From positions 24,596 through 88,595 of the forward strand of contig JAFCGN010000002.1 of NCBI GenBank assembly GCA_017608045.1: a DNA stretch of 64,000 nucleotides. The letters are read 5' to 3'. The notes beneath the pieces were generated by a model. The model saw nothing but the letters and a program-made list of their open reading frames with translations. It had not been told where the DNA came from and ran no database searches. The translations under genes were made by a program, and so were the position numbers. The DNA is from Candidatus Parvarchaeota archaeon. GTDB lineage: Archaea; Nanobdellota; Nanobdellia; JAFCGN01. Each line of letters starts with the position of its first letter. The stretch's first letter is position 1. Shown piece by piece: positions 41,934-51,900 of the stretch.

Positions 41934-42302
41934 ATGGGATTAACGCGAGCGCGGATTAATAAGAGCGTTCCTAATAAGATACGAGATTGGATTGATGATT
42001 TAAGAAGTACTAAGAAAATAATAAAGGAATTAGAAAACGAGAAACCTAATTTCAATAAGATAAGAAGATGGTGTGGTAAAAAAGAAAAGCAAGCACGAAA
42101 GTTAGGAAAGCACGTTAAGAAATTGCGAAAAGAATACAAAAGAAATCAAGAAAAGAATTCTAAAACTCTTGAAGTTCTTTATAACTTCAAAGAAACTATG
42201 AACGTCGCAAAGCACATTGAAAAGAATTACAAAGAAGTTAGTGACGCGATTGATGAAAGAAAAAACGAACACGTAATAAAGGAAGTAAGGTACTTAAATT
42301 AA
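41934..42302 (+). CDS. Hypothetical basic helical protein
   Basis: ORF only. Confidence 0.55.
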   Translation: MGLTRARINKSVPNKIRDWIDDLRSTKKIIKELENEKPNFNKIRRWCGKKEKQARKLGKHVKKLRKEYKRNQEKNSKTLEVLYNFKETMNVAKHIEKNYKEVSDAIDERKNEHVIKEVRYLN

Positions 42303-42418
42303 TAATGTTAGAGAACAAACAAGAAGAATGATAACTCGTTTCATCAATAACATTTGGAAATGAATTCTTTAAGAATAAATAAAAACCTTAATAAGGAGTG
42401 GGGGCTTAATTATTAATC

Positions 42419-42832
42419 ATGGAGTTTGAGCCTGGAAAAATAATTACTGGATTTTTAATTTTAATGTTTCTCCTTGTTTTTTATCAGAGATTCACGAGTC
42501 CGGAATTTCTTCAAATGATTGGTTTTCAAGTAAGTGACCAAAGGTATTTCATGTTTTTGTTAGATATTATAAGGCCTATAATCTTAACAGGAATCTTTGC
42601 TGTTGTTGTGAATTATATGTTTGGTTCAAGCATACCTACAACTTTAATAACTGCTGTTGTAGGAATTGTAGCATATTTTGTTTTAACAAGCCCACTTTTT
42701 CTTTCTACAATTGGTATGAGTTATGCTGAACAAAATAATTTTTTTACTTGGAAAAATTTTTTAGACCCTTTAATTATTCTTGGGGTTATGATAGGCATTG
42801 CTGTGGCTGTTATGCACATAAGGGGAGAATAG
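42419..42832 (+). CDS. Hypothetical membrane protein with internal duplication
   Basis: Two TSPxFLxxIG...Q...P.I..G halves, about 4 TM segments. Confidence 0.7.
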   Translation: MEFEPGKIITGFLILMFLLVFYQRFTSPEFLQMIGFQVSDQRYFMFLLDIIRPIILTGIFAVVVNYMFGSSIPTTLITAVVGIVAYFVLTSPLFLSTIGMSYAEQNNFFTWKNFLDPLIILGVMIGIAVAVMHIRGE

Positions 42833-42874
42833 TTAGACTTAAAAATTAAAATGATTTCTTATAAATGTGTTTGT

Positions 42875-42980
42875 GGGTCCGTAGCTTAGTCTGGTGGAGC
42901 GCCGGTCTTATATGTCCGAGTTCCAAACAAGGCTCAACTAAGTGAGCCGGAGGCCCTGGGTTCAAATCCCAGCGGACCCA
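42875..42980 (+). tRNA. tRNA-Ile(TAT) with 32-nt intron at 37/38 (42913-42944)
   Basis: Acceptor GGGTCCG/CGGACCC-A; CCGGT-CTTATA|intron|A-GCCGG; BHB central helix CUUA/UAAG. Confidence 0.9.
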
Positions 42981-43651
42981 TTCTTATAATAGATTATATT
43001 TACTTCTGAAGGATTTAAATTGCAGAAACTGTTATCAGAGCAAGAAGTAATTCCTAAAACAACATCTTCTAATGCTTCAAAAACAACATTGTCTCCTGGT
43101 TGAACAGGGCTTGGAATAATGTTGTCTTTTAATCCTAAGGACATAAATAAAGAACAAACAGGTGGGAGATTTTTAACTTCTATGTTAAGAACATCAGAAA
43201 GTAATTCCCTGCACCCTAATTTAGTATTTTTGTAAACGTTAGATGAACACCCAGGCCATAATAAATCATGCGTTGGCTTAATTTTAGGTCCTTTAAGATA
43301 AAGTTTATCTACTTCAATATATTTTGGTAATTGTTTTGCATACTCCTTTACACTAATTTCTGAAACATTGTTTTCTTTAAGAAGCAGAACAGGATCCCCT
43401 TTACCGTCGAATAAGCATTCTCCAGCTTCTAATGTTTTAGCCATTGGAGTTATGACTCTTTTTTCACTTTTCATTTTTTCTCTCTTATGTCTTAAATAAG
43501 TGATTTCTTCCCTTGTTTTCGCTTGATTGTATCCTTTAAATACAATGTCTGCAACTTGACCTCCATGTGGGACTAAAATTTTTATTTTATCTTTTTTATT
43601 TAAATAAAATGCTTTAGCTTTTCCATGTTCAATTATTGTTGTTTTAATCAT
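42962..43651 (-). CDS. DUF1989 (urea carboxylase-associated) family protein
   Basis: GGQVAD, HDLLWPGC, GCRELL, LFM, PGDNVVFEALED...SC. Confidence 0.78.
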   Translation of the reverse strand: MIKTTIIEHGKAKAFYLNKKDKIKILVPHGGQVADIVFKGYNQAKTREEITYLRHKREKMKSEKRVITPMAKTLEAGECLFDGKGDPVLLLKENNVSEISVKEYAKQLPKYIEVDKLYLKGPKIKPTHDLLWPGCSSNVYKNTKLGCRELLSDVLNIEVKNLPPVCSLFMSLGLKDNIIPSPVQPGDNVVFEALEDVVLGITSCSDNSFCNLNPSEVNIIYYKNGSAGI

Positions 43652-43763
43652 ATTTTATTAACTATTAGCTCTTTTTTTATAATTAATTGTATTCAATCTA
43701 TTATTTTATTTTTTTATTGAATCTTAAAAAATCTTATTAATTAAGGAAGGATAAAAAATAAGT

Positions 43764-45266
43764 ATGAAACAAACTATTTTGAAGTCAAAACTCGTTAAAG
43801 TTGAAACAGGAAATATTATGATTGCTGTTCTTAATGAAATAAAAGCAATGGATTTAGGAATAAATGCTGGAGACAGAATAAGAATAAGCATGGGTAAAAA
43901 ACATGTTAATGCAATTGTTGATTTAAGTAGTGTAGATATACTGCCTGATGAGATTGGGCTTTTTGAAGAAGTAAGTAAGGAGCTTGGAATTAAAAAAAAC
44001 AATGTAAAATTAAAAATAAAACAAGTTCCAAATCCTAAAAGTGTAGAGTATATAAAGAAAAAAGTTAATGGCAAAACATTGAGTTATGATGAGATTTATG
44101 AGATTGTCAATGATGTTGTGCATAATAAATTAAGTGATATAGAGATGAGTGCTTTTGTTACAGCAACATATACTGAAGGACTTACTTTTGAAGAAACTAT
44201 TAGTTTAACAAAAGCAGTGGTTAATACAGGCAATACTCTTCATTTAAAAAACAAACTTATTGTAGACAAACATTGTCTTGGAGGCGTTGCAGGAAACAGA
44301 ACAACAATGGTTGTTGTTCCTATTATTGCTGCTTTTGGTTTAGTTATGCCAAAAACAAGCTCGCGTTCTATAACAAGTCCTGCAGGTACAGCAGATACTA
44401 TGGAAGTTCTTGCTGAAGTAGAGTTTTCTGCTGAAAAATTGGAAAAGATTGTTGAAAAAGTGGGTGCATGCATTGCTTTTGGAGGAACAGTTAATCTTGC
44501 TGCTGCAGATGATAAACTAATAAAAGTCAGACACCCGCTGCACTTAGATCCTATTGGTTTAATGCTTGCATCAATAATGGCAAAGAAAAAAGCAGTTGGG
44601 AGCACGCATGTTTTAATTGATATTCCTATTGGAGAGGAAGCAAAAGTAAAAACATTTGATGAAGCAGAACTTTTAGGCACACTTTTTGAAAGTGTTGGAG
44701 AAGAATTGAATATGAAGGTAGATTATATAATAACGGATGGAAGTGGTCCAATAGGCAGGGGTATAGGACCTCTTCTTGAAGCAAGAGATGTATTAATGGT
44801 TTTGCAACAGCACGAAAATAGACCGCTTGATTTGGAGAAAAAAAGTTTGGAGCTTGCAGGAATTATTTTAGGATTTAGTGATAAAGTGAGTAGGGGAAAG
44901 GGAGAAAAAATTGCTAAAGAAATTCTTCAAAGCGGAAAAGCATGGCTTAAAATGAAAGAGATAATAAAAGCTCAAAAAGGAAACCCAAACATTAATATAG
45001 AAGATTTAACTCCAAAAGCGTATAAATATGAAATTAAAGCAAAAGCGAGTGGTGTTGTTAAAAAAATAAGTAATAGGAGCATTGCAAAGGTTGCTCTTGC
45101 AGCAGGTGCGCCAGCAGTTATTGATGCAGGAGTTTATTTAGAAAAAATAAAAGGAGATAAGGTAAAAAAAGGCGAAACACTTATGTCAATTTATTACAAA
45201 AGCAAGGAAAAACTTAAAAAATGCTTAGATATTCTTAAAGAGAATCCGCCTTATGTTATAGAGTGA
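43764..45266 (+). CDS. AMP phosphorylase (thymidine phosphorylase family)
   Basis: DKHCLGGVAGNRTT, PKTSSRSITSPAGTAD.MEVL, N-terminal extra domain typical of AMPpase. Confidence 0.92.
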   Translation: MKQTILKSKLVKVETGNIMIAVLNEIKAMDLGINAGDRIRISMGKKHVNAIVDLSSVDILPDEIGLFEEVSKELGIKKNNVKLKIKQVPNPKSVEYIKKKVNGKTLSYDEIYEIVNDVVHNKLSDIEMSAFVTATYTEGLTFEETISLTKAVVNTGNTLHLKNKLIVDKHCLGGVAGNRTTMVVVPIIAAFGLVMPKTSSRSITSPAGTADTMEVLAEVEFSAEKLEKIVEKVGACIAFGGTVNLAAADDKLIKVRHPLHLDPIGLMLASIMAKKKAVGSTHVLIDIPIGEEAKVKTFDEAELLGTLFESVGEELNMKVDYIITDGSGPIGRGIGPLLEARDVLMVLQQHENRPLDLEKKSLELAGIILGFSDKVSRGKGEKIAKEILQSGKAWLKMKEIIKAQKGNPNINIEDLTPKAYKYEIKAKASGVVKKISNRSIAKVALAAGAPAVIDAGVYLEKIKGDKVKKGETLMSIYYKSKEKLKKCLDILKENPPYVIE

Positions 45267-46081
45267 TTATGTTGATTAAAAAGAAAATCAAGGTTTTGTT
45301 TAATAAGATTAAATCTTTTTTTAAGAAAATGAGTTTTAGAACTAAAATTAATTTATTAGCACTTTTTCTTTTTTTTGCATCTTCTTTTAATGGGATTTCA
45401 TTTCAAATTTTTCTTCTTGTTTTTTTACCATTATATTTAAGTTATTATTTAAGTTATAAAATAGCAACAGCAGCGTTAATTATTCACAGAGGAGGAATAC
45501 CAACTCCTGTAAAAGAAGAGAATTTTATTTTTTTAAGGTCTTCAACCAATTATTATCGTTTTAATGCGTATTCAAAAATGAAATTAGTTGATTTTTTTTA
45601 TTTGAGCGTTTATCCCATGCTTTTAATGATAAGCATTTATGTTCAACAGAGCAAGCTTACAAGCAATTCTATTTTTAGTTTAACTCCAGGCAGTTTAATG
45701 GGCCCTGTTTTGTTCCCACTAATTTTTATTTTATTCACAGCGTCCATTATTCTTGATAAAAGCGGATTAAGGTTTGTTGATGAAAAAAACCAATACATTC
45801 AACGCCTTGGAGGTTGGTATAGGAAAATTGTTAATAGTCTTCTTAAATTTGTTGTTTCTATTAACATTATTACGAAAATGTTTTTGGAACAAAGCATTGT
45901 TGTTGTTTTAAAACAATTGCTTGGTTTGGCAATTATTTTTTATCCACCCATCCTTTTTGTTAGTGTTGTTTATGCTGTATTAATTCTCCCTTCTAATTTA
46001 AGAAATTTTAACAATATTCTTACAAGAACTTATGGAATCAAAAAAAATGTTGTAAAGATTAATCTTGAAGAAAATATTTAA
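45263..46081 (+). CDS. Hypothetical membrane protein
   Basis: Multiple TM segments; overlaps the AMPpase stop. Confidence 0.65.
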   Translation: MIMLIKKKIKVLFNKIKSFFKKMSFRTKINLLALFLFFASSFNGISFQIFLLVFLPLYLSYYLSYKIATAALIIHRGGIPTPVKEENFIFLRSSTNYYRFNAYSKMKLVDFFYLSVYPMLLMISIYVQQSKLTSNSIFSLTPGSLMGPVLFPLIFILFTASIILDKSGLRFVDEKNQYIQRLGGWYRKIVNSLLKFVVSINIITKMFLEQSIVVVLKQLLGLAIIFYPPILFVSVVYAVLILPSNLRNFNNILTRTYGIKKNVVKINLEENI

Positions 46082-46101
46082 AAAATTAACTATTCATATT
46101 G

Positions 46102-48762
46102 TTATTTTAATATTATTGATGGTTTATTTGGATTTGATTGTTTTGCTTTAAGTTCTTTACTTTCTTCTGTTGTTTCAATGATAATTTTCGCATTGAATTC
46201 TTTTTCAAGCATTTCTTTGTTTTCTTTTAATGCTTGAACCTCTGTTTTTTGGCTTAAAATTATTTTAGGTATTTTGTTATTGTTTTTTACTAAATTTGGC
46301 ACAATTTTTGAAATTTCTTTTCCATGTGTTTTTAATTCAGTTTTCATAAGCTCTTTTAATATTTCTCTTACGTTTCTTGTTTTTTCTAAGATTTTTTTAA
46401 TTTTTTCAAAAAAGACGTATTTCCATTTTGGAGCTACGATTATCTTTATTTCATTTATTTTTTTCAATTTGATTATGTTTTTAACAGAATGTATGTCTTT
46501 TCTCACATTTTCAATGAACTCATCACAAGCTTCTGCTTTTTCATCTATTTTGCTTTCATCATATTGTGGCCAACTTGCAAGTGAGATAAACGGTTTATTC
46601 CCAATTTTTTCCCATAATTCTTCAGTTATGTGCGGACAGAATGGATGAAGAAGTTTAAGAAATGTTTCAAGTGTTTCCTTGCTTTCTTCTTCTTTAAGTG
46701 AATCAAAAAATTCTCTTAATCTTATGCTTGCAAGATTATACTTGAATTCTTGGATATATTCTGTAACAAGTTTAATTGTTTTATTTAATTTGCTTTCAAT
46801 TTTTTTGCTGGATTTTCCAATTTTCACATTTTTAAAATATTTCATAATTTTTTTGATAAACCTATAACTTCCTTCTATTCCCTCATCACTCCATCTTAAA
46901 TCTTTATCAGGTGATGCAAGGGATATTAAGAAAAATCTTGCAGTGTCAATTCCATATTTTTTTGAAATAACTTCTGGAAGCACAACATTTCCACGAGATT
47001 TTGACATTACAGCCCCATCATCTCCATGAAGCATGCCTTGATTGAACAATTTTTTAAATGGTTCATCAAAATCAATGAAGCCAATATCTCTAAGAACTTT
47101 TGTGAAGAATCTTGCATAAATTAAATGCATGCATGCGTGTTCTGCACCTCCTATGTATTGATCAACAGGAAGCCAATATTTTACCTTTTTTTTGTCAAAA
47201 GGTTCTTTGTCATTTTTATTGTCCGCATACCTTAAATAATACCAACTGCTGTCAAAAAAAGTATCCATAGTATCTGTTTCCCTTTCTGCATCTCTACCGC
47301 ATTTCGGACACTTTGTTTTAACAAATTTTTTATTTGTGGTAAGTGGGTTTCCTTCGCCAAATTTAACATTGTGTGGAAGCATAACAGGAAGGTCTTTATA
47401 AGGCACAGGCACTATGCCGCATTCAGGGCATTTAATTATGGGAATTGGTGTTCCCCAATACCTCTGCCTTGAAATAAGCCAATCCTTAAGCTTGTATGTA
47501 ATAGTTTTCTTACCCCATCCTTTTTTTTCAGCTAATTCAATAATTTTTTCTTTTGCTTCTTCATTTTCCATTCCATCAAATTTTCCAGAGTTTATTAAAA
47601 TGCCTTTTTCTACATATGCATGATTCATTTCATGTGCTTTGAGTTTTTTATTTTTAGGAGTTATTACAACTTTCATAGGCAAATCATATTTTTTTGCAAA
47701 TTGAAAATCACGCTCATCATGAGTAGGCACTGCCATTACTGCACCAGTGCCATAATCATAAAGAACGTAATCCGCTACCCATAAAGGACATTTGTCGCCT
47801 GTAAAAGGATTTATAAAGTATTTTCCTAAGAAAACCCCATTTTTTTCTTTTCCTTCTGCTGTTCTTTCAATAATGCTTTTTTTCTTTACTTTTTTAATAA
47901 ATTCTTTTACTTTCATTTCATATTTTGTCCCTTTTGTCCATTCAATTACTTTTGGATGTTCTACTGCAAGCACAAGATATGTAATGCCATAAACTGTGTC
48001 CGCTCTTGTAGTGAATGTGCTTATTTCATCTATTTTTTCTCCTTTTTCATTAATAACATCAAATTTAAGTATGACTCCTTCACTCTTTCCTATCCAATTT
48101 CTTTGCATTACTTTAATTCTTTCAGGCCAATCTATTTTTTCTAAATCTTCAAGCAATTCTTCAGCGTATTCTGTTGTTTTTATAAACCATTGTTCAAGTT
48201 CTTTTTGTTCAACTTCAGTGTCTTTATGTCTCCAACACTTTCCATTATGCACTTGCTCATTTGCTAAAACAGTCTTGCACTTTGGACACCAATTAACACT
48301 TGCTTCTTTTCTATAAACCAAACCTTTTTCCATGAATTTTAAGAAAAAATATTGATTCCATTTATAATATTCTGGTGTGCATGTTGAAATCATTCTGCTC
48401 CAATCATAACTTAATCCCAGAGATTTCTGTTGTTTAATAAAATTTGCAATTGCTTTATTAGTATAATCCTTTGGGTGAATCCCGGCTTTTATTGCTGCAT
48501 TTTCTGCTGGAAGCCCGAAGCTATCATACCCCATTGGGTATAAAACATTAAAACCATTCATTCTTTTAAAGCGTGCGTAAATATCTCCTATCGTGTAATT
48601 GAAAGCATGACCCATATGCAATCCAGAACCAGAAGGGTATGGAAACATTTCTAAAACATAATATTTCTTTTTTTTAGAATCCTCTTTTACTTTAAAAACA
48701 TTTGATTCAGACCACTTTTTTTGCCATTTTTTTTCAATTGCGTGAAGATTCATTTTTTCCAC
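46102..48762 (-). CDS. leuS: Leucine--tRNA ligase (bacterial-type core); start GTG 48762 or ATG 48753
   Basis: YVLEMFPYPSG..LHMGH, GTGAVMAVP.HD, DWLISRQRYWG.PIP, YIGG.EHA..HL.YARF, VMSKS. Confidence 0.96.
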   Translation of the reverse strand: MEKMNLHAIEKKWQKKWSESNVFKVKEDSKKKKYYVLEMFPYPSGSGLHMGHAFNYTIGDIYARFKRMNGFNVLYPMGYDSFGLPAENAAIKAGIHPKDYTNKAIANFIKQQKSLGLSYDWSRMISTCTPEYYKWNQYFFLKFMEKGLVYRKEASVNWCPKCKTVLANEQVHNGKCWRHKDTEVEQKELEQWFIKTTEYAEELLEDLEKIDWPERIKVMQRNWIGKSEGVILKFDVINEKGEKIDEISTFTTRADTVYGITYLVLAVEHPKVIEWTKGTKYEMKVKEFIKKVKKKSIIERTAEGKEKNGVFLGKYFINPFTGDKCPLWVADYVLYDYGTGAVMAVPTHDERDFQFAKKYDLPMKVVITPKNKKLKAHEMNHAYVEKGILINSGKFDGMENEEAKEKIIELAEKKGWGKKTITYKLKDWLISRQRYWGTPIPIIKCPECGIVPVPYKDLPVMLPHNVKFGEGNPLTTNKKFVKTKCPKCGRDAERETDTMDTFFDSSWYYLRYADNKNDKEPFDKKKVKYWLPVDQYIGGAEHACMHLIYARFFTKVLRDIGFIDFDEPFKKLFNQGMLHGDDGAVMSKSRGNVVLPEVISKKYGIDTARFFLISLASPDKDLRWSDEGIEGSYRFIKKIMKYFKNVKIGKSSKKIESKLNKTIKLVTEYIQEFKYNLASIRLREFFDSLKEEESKETLETFLKLLHPFCPHITEELWEKIGNKPFISLASWPQYDESKIDEKAEACDEFIENVRKDIHSVKNIIKLKKINEIKIIVAPKWKYVFFEKIKKILEKTRNVREILKELMKTELKTHGKEISKIVPNLVKNNNKIPKIILSQKTEVQALKENKEMLEKEFNAKIIIETTEESKELKAKQSNPNKPSIILK

Positions 48763-48812
48763 TTCTTTTTAATTTATTATTAAATTTGAACACCTATTCA
48801 TAAATAGGCAAA

Positions 48813-48845
48813 TTATAAGAGCAATAAAAGCAAGTTTTTTTGCAT
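48813..48845 (-). CDS. Putative leuS leader peptide MQKNLLLLLL
   Basis: ATG CAA AAA AAC TTG CTT TTA TTG CTC TTA TAA; ATG lies 31 nt from the start of a TTTATAAA box (48869-48876); followed by hairpin 48783-48814. Confidence 0.65.
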   Translation of the reverse strand: MQKNLLLLLL

Positions 48846-48924
48846 AAAATTTAATGAATAAAAAGCAATTTATAAAATTATCTTTTTTTAATTTTTTCTT
48901 CTTATTCTTGAATATATTTATGAA

Positions 48925-51900
48925 TTAATAATATTCTGATTTGAATTTCACGTTTTTGCTGTCTCCACTAATTGTTGCTTTAAATAGAAGAGTGTTTATT
49001 TTCGGAGGATTGATTAAAATGTTTCTGAAATATTTTACATTTTCCCATTGCGTTATATTATCATAATCATCTACAAATAAATATACACTATTATTTTGAT
49101 TTCCAGGAAGAGCAATTGTTAAGAGATTATTGTTTGCATAAAAACTTTTATTGCTTGGAAAAATGCTTGAACTTGGGGAAATTATTGAAACCAATATATT
49201 ATTGCTTCTTTTTCCGAACCAATTATAATTTTTTCCTGCAAGAGAACTTTTGTCAGTGAGATTTTCTTGTGAGAATACCTCAACTCCATTATCATAATTT
49301 GTGTATATGTTTAATTCTGTGTTATTTAAATCCCAGAAAGGACCTATTGTTAAATCATTTTCAGAAGTTGTTTCTGGGATTGCAGTGACTTTTATGAATT
49401 TTTGATAAGCGTAAACATCAAAGTAATAAATTACTTTTGGGTTTGTATTTGAAGTTGCTTTTATTCTTGCTCTTACAGGTCCTTTTTCTATAAATGTTAT
49501 GTTATTTAATGTTGTTGAAGCAGCAAAGTTCTTCCAAGAAGAATTTCCAAAATCAGTGAGCCATTTATCACTTGATTGAAAAAAATTGCTGCTGTTTTTG
49601 TAAAGAAAAATATTGTTTTTTAAATCCCATGAGAAAAAAGTGTTGTTTACAATTTTATTTGTTTCATTTATAATTAAATCACTTTTAAATGATAAAGGTG
49701 TTAAGATACTGTGTTCTTCTTCTGTGTCATTTGTATTATAATAAATTCCATATTTTTTGCTTCCAATTAATGAATCAAAAAACAACAAATTTATTTTTGG
49801 TTTATCATAATTTATGTAATATTCGTCACTGCTGCTTTTTGAACTATACATTGTGTCATCAAATACAATTTCAATACTGCCTGAAGTTTCAAACTCTAAA
49901 TAATAGGTTTTCCCATTTACATATTTTTTTATTGGAACATTAAATGAATGCATTGTGTTTGCATAAATTGTATTGTTTTCAGCAATTATGTTTCCATTAA
50001 GGTCTTTTATCTTCACTCTTGAATTACTATCATAAGAGGAGATGTTTATTTTTATGTTTTTTACATTTTGTGGTAAGTGGAAATAAAGTTTTTTCACACC
50101 ATCATTAGATTTGCAGCGTATCCTTTTATTGTATAAAACCAAGTATGGCAGAGTTGAATTTATTTTAAAATACTTGTTATCATTTTTTCCACTAATAACA
50201 ACTTTATAAAATCCTTTGTAATTTTGACTTTGTATTGAATATACTTTGTCAGTATTTATGACATCATTGTCTATAATTGCGCTTTTATTCGGGTAAAAAA
50301 TGGATACATTAAAGTTTGCACTTTCTTCAAGGTCCACGCCTAAAGTGAAATTTTTTCCATCATAATTGAACAAGTAATAAGTATAATTTGAATAATCTAT
50401 GCTTTCTGGATTTTGGCAAAAAATGTTGAATTCCGAAGTACTTGATGGAATGTTCTCTGTTGTTATTTGTGTTGTTATTTTTCTTCCACTTTCATCGCTG
50501 ATGAGCAAGCTATTTGCGTCAATTCCTTTAAGAAAATATCCGCTAACTTCTAAAGGAAAGTTTTGTATTTGATATTTTGAATAAACTTTAAAGACTTTCC
50601 TTGTATTTGGCGTGAAATCATTTCTATACCAATTAGTGTCATAATTATATTTTTGATCTACGGTTTCTGTGTCTATGCTCAAATACGTGGAGAATCCTTT
50701 TTGACTGAAAGAATTCTTTATAAAATCTTCTTTATCTTTAAAGAATTCTTCAAAACTTTCATTTGTTAAAACTTTTGATTTATTATTAAGAAAATTATAA
50801 TCTCTTGTTTTTTCCCATTGTTCTCTATGCGGGTATAAAATGTATTCATATTCTACACTTGATGGTTGGAATAATGTGTCATTTTTGATAATTAAATCTG
50901 AGAACTTGTTCTCTGAAGTAGAATTTCTATAATAAGAAAAATATCCTGTTTTGTTTATTAAAAGAATGCCAATTCCTTGTTTGCTATGATAGTAATCTAT
51001 CCAATCTCCTGGCCTGTCTTCAACATAATCATAAGTATCCCATATGTTTGTATTATTGTCTTTATAATAAAGAGAACCGCCAAGTAAAGTGCTTCCATTT
51101 AAATTTATTCTATCAAAAATAAAATTATTTTCGCTTGCCTGACAATTTATTGTTTCAGCCCAACGCACATTTGTTTTAATTTTGATTATGTCTGGGTAAA
51201 AGTAAAAGTCTTGTGTATAAAATTCTCTTCCTGGAGCAATGCCATGTTCTCCGCTTACTCTAATGTTTGCCATTACAGGCCCGCTCGTTATTATTGTTAT
51301 TGTTGGTTTGTTTTCGCTTGATTGCTTGTACTCTGTGTTATTGCATTGGAAGATTGTTTGAATAGAATATTCTTTTCCATTAGTTATAAGATTTTGATGA
51401 TAATTTTTTGGTGATAAATAGTAGAGCATGCCGCCTGCAGATTTGTTGATTTTTGCTTCATAATGGTTTGTGTTGATAATAATGTCTGTTGTATTTTCGT
51501 TAATGCTTATTTGAGAAAGATATTTTGGAGATTCTATGTGATTTTCATCTGTTTTTTTATTAAAATAAACAAAAATTTTTTTTTCTTCACCTTTGCTTAT
51601 GCTTGTCTGAAAACATATTTCAGCAATCTTGTTTCTTAAATCAAGCCATCTTAGACTAAAAGGTAGTTCTTTTTGTTCTTCAATAACTCTTATTGATTCT
51701 TCATCAACATCATCTGGAAAATCTATTTGAGCTATTTGAGTAAATGAATTAAATTGTAAATTATTTTCTTCTTTTAATACAATTTTAATTCTATTAGTTG
51801 AAATTGGACTCCACCAAAAATCATAAATGTTATTCATTACACTGATTATTGAATTTCCAAGAGCTTCTGTCCTGCTTATTAAACTTTGTTCGCTATTGAA

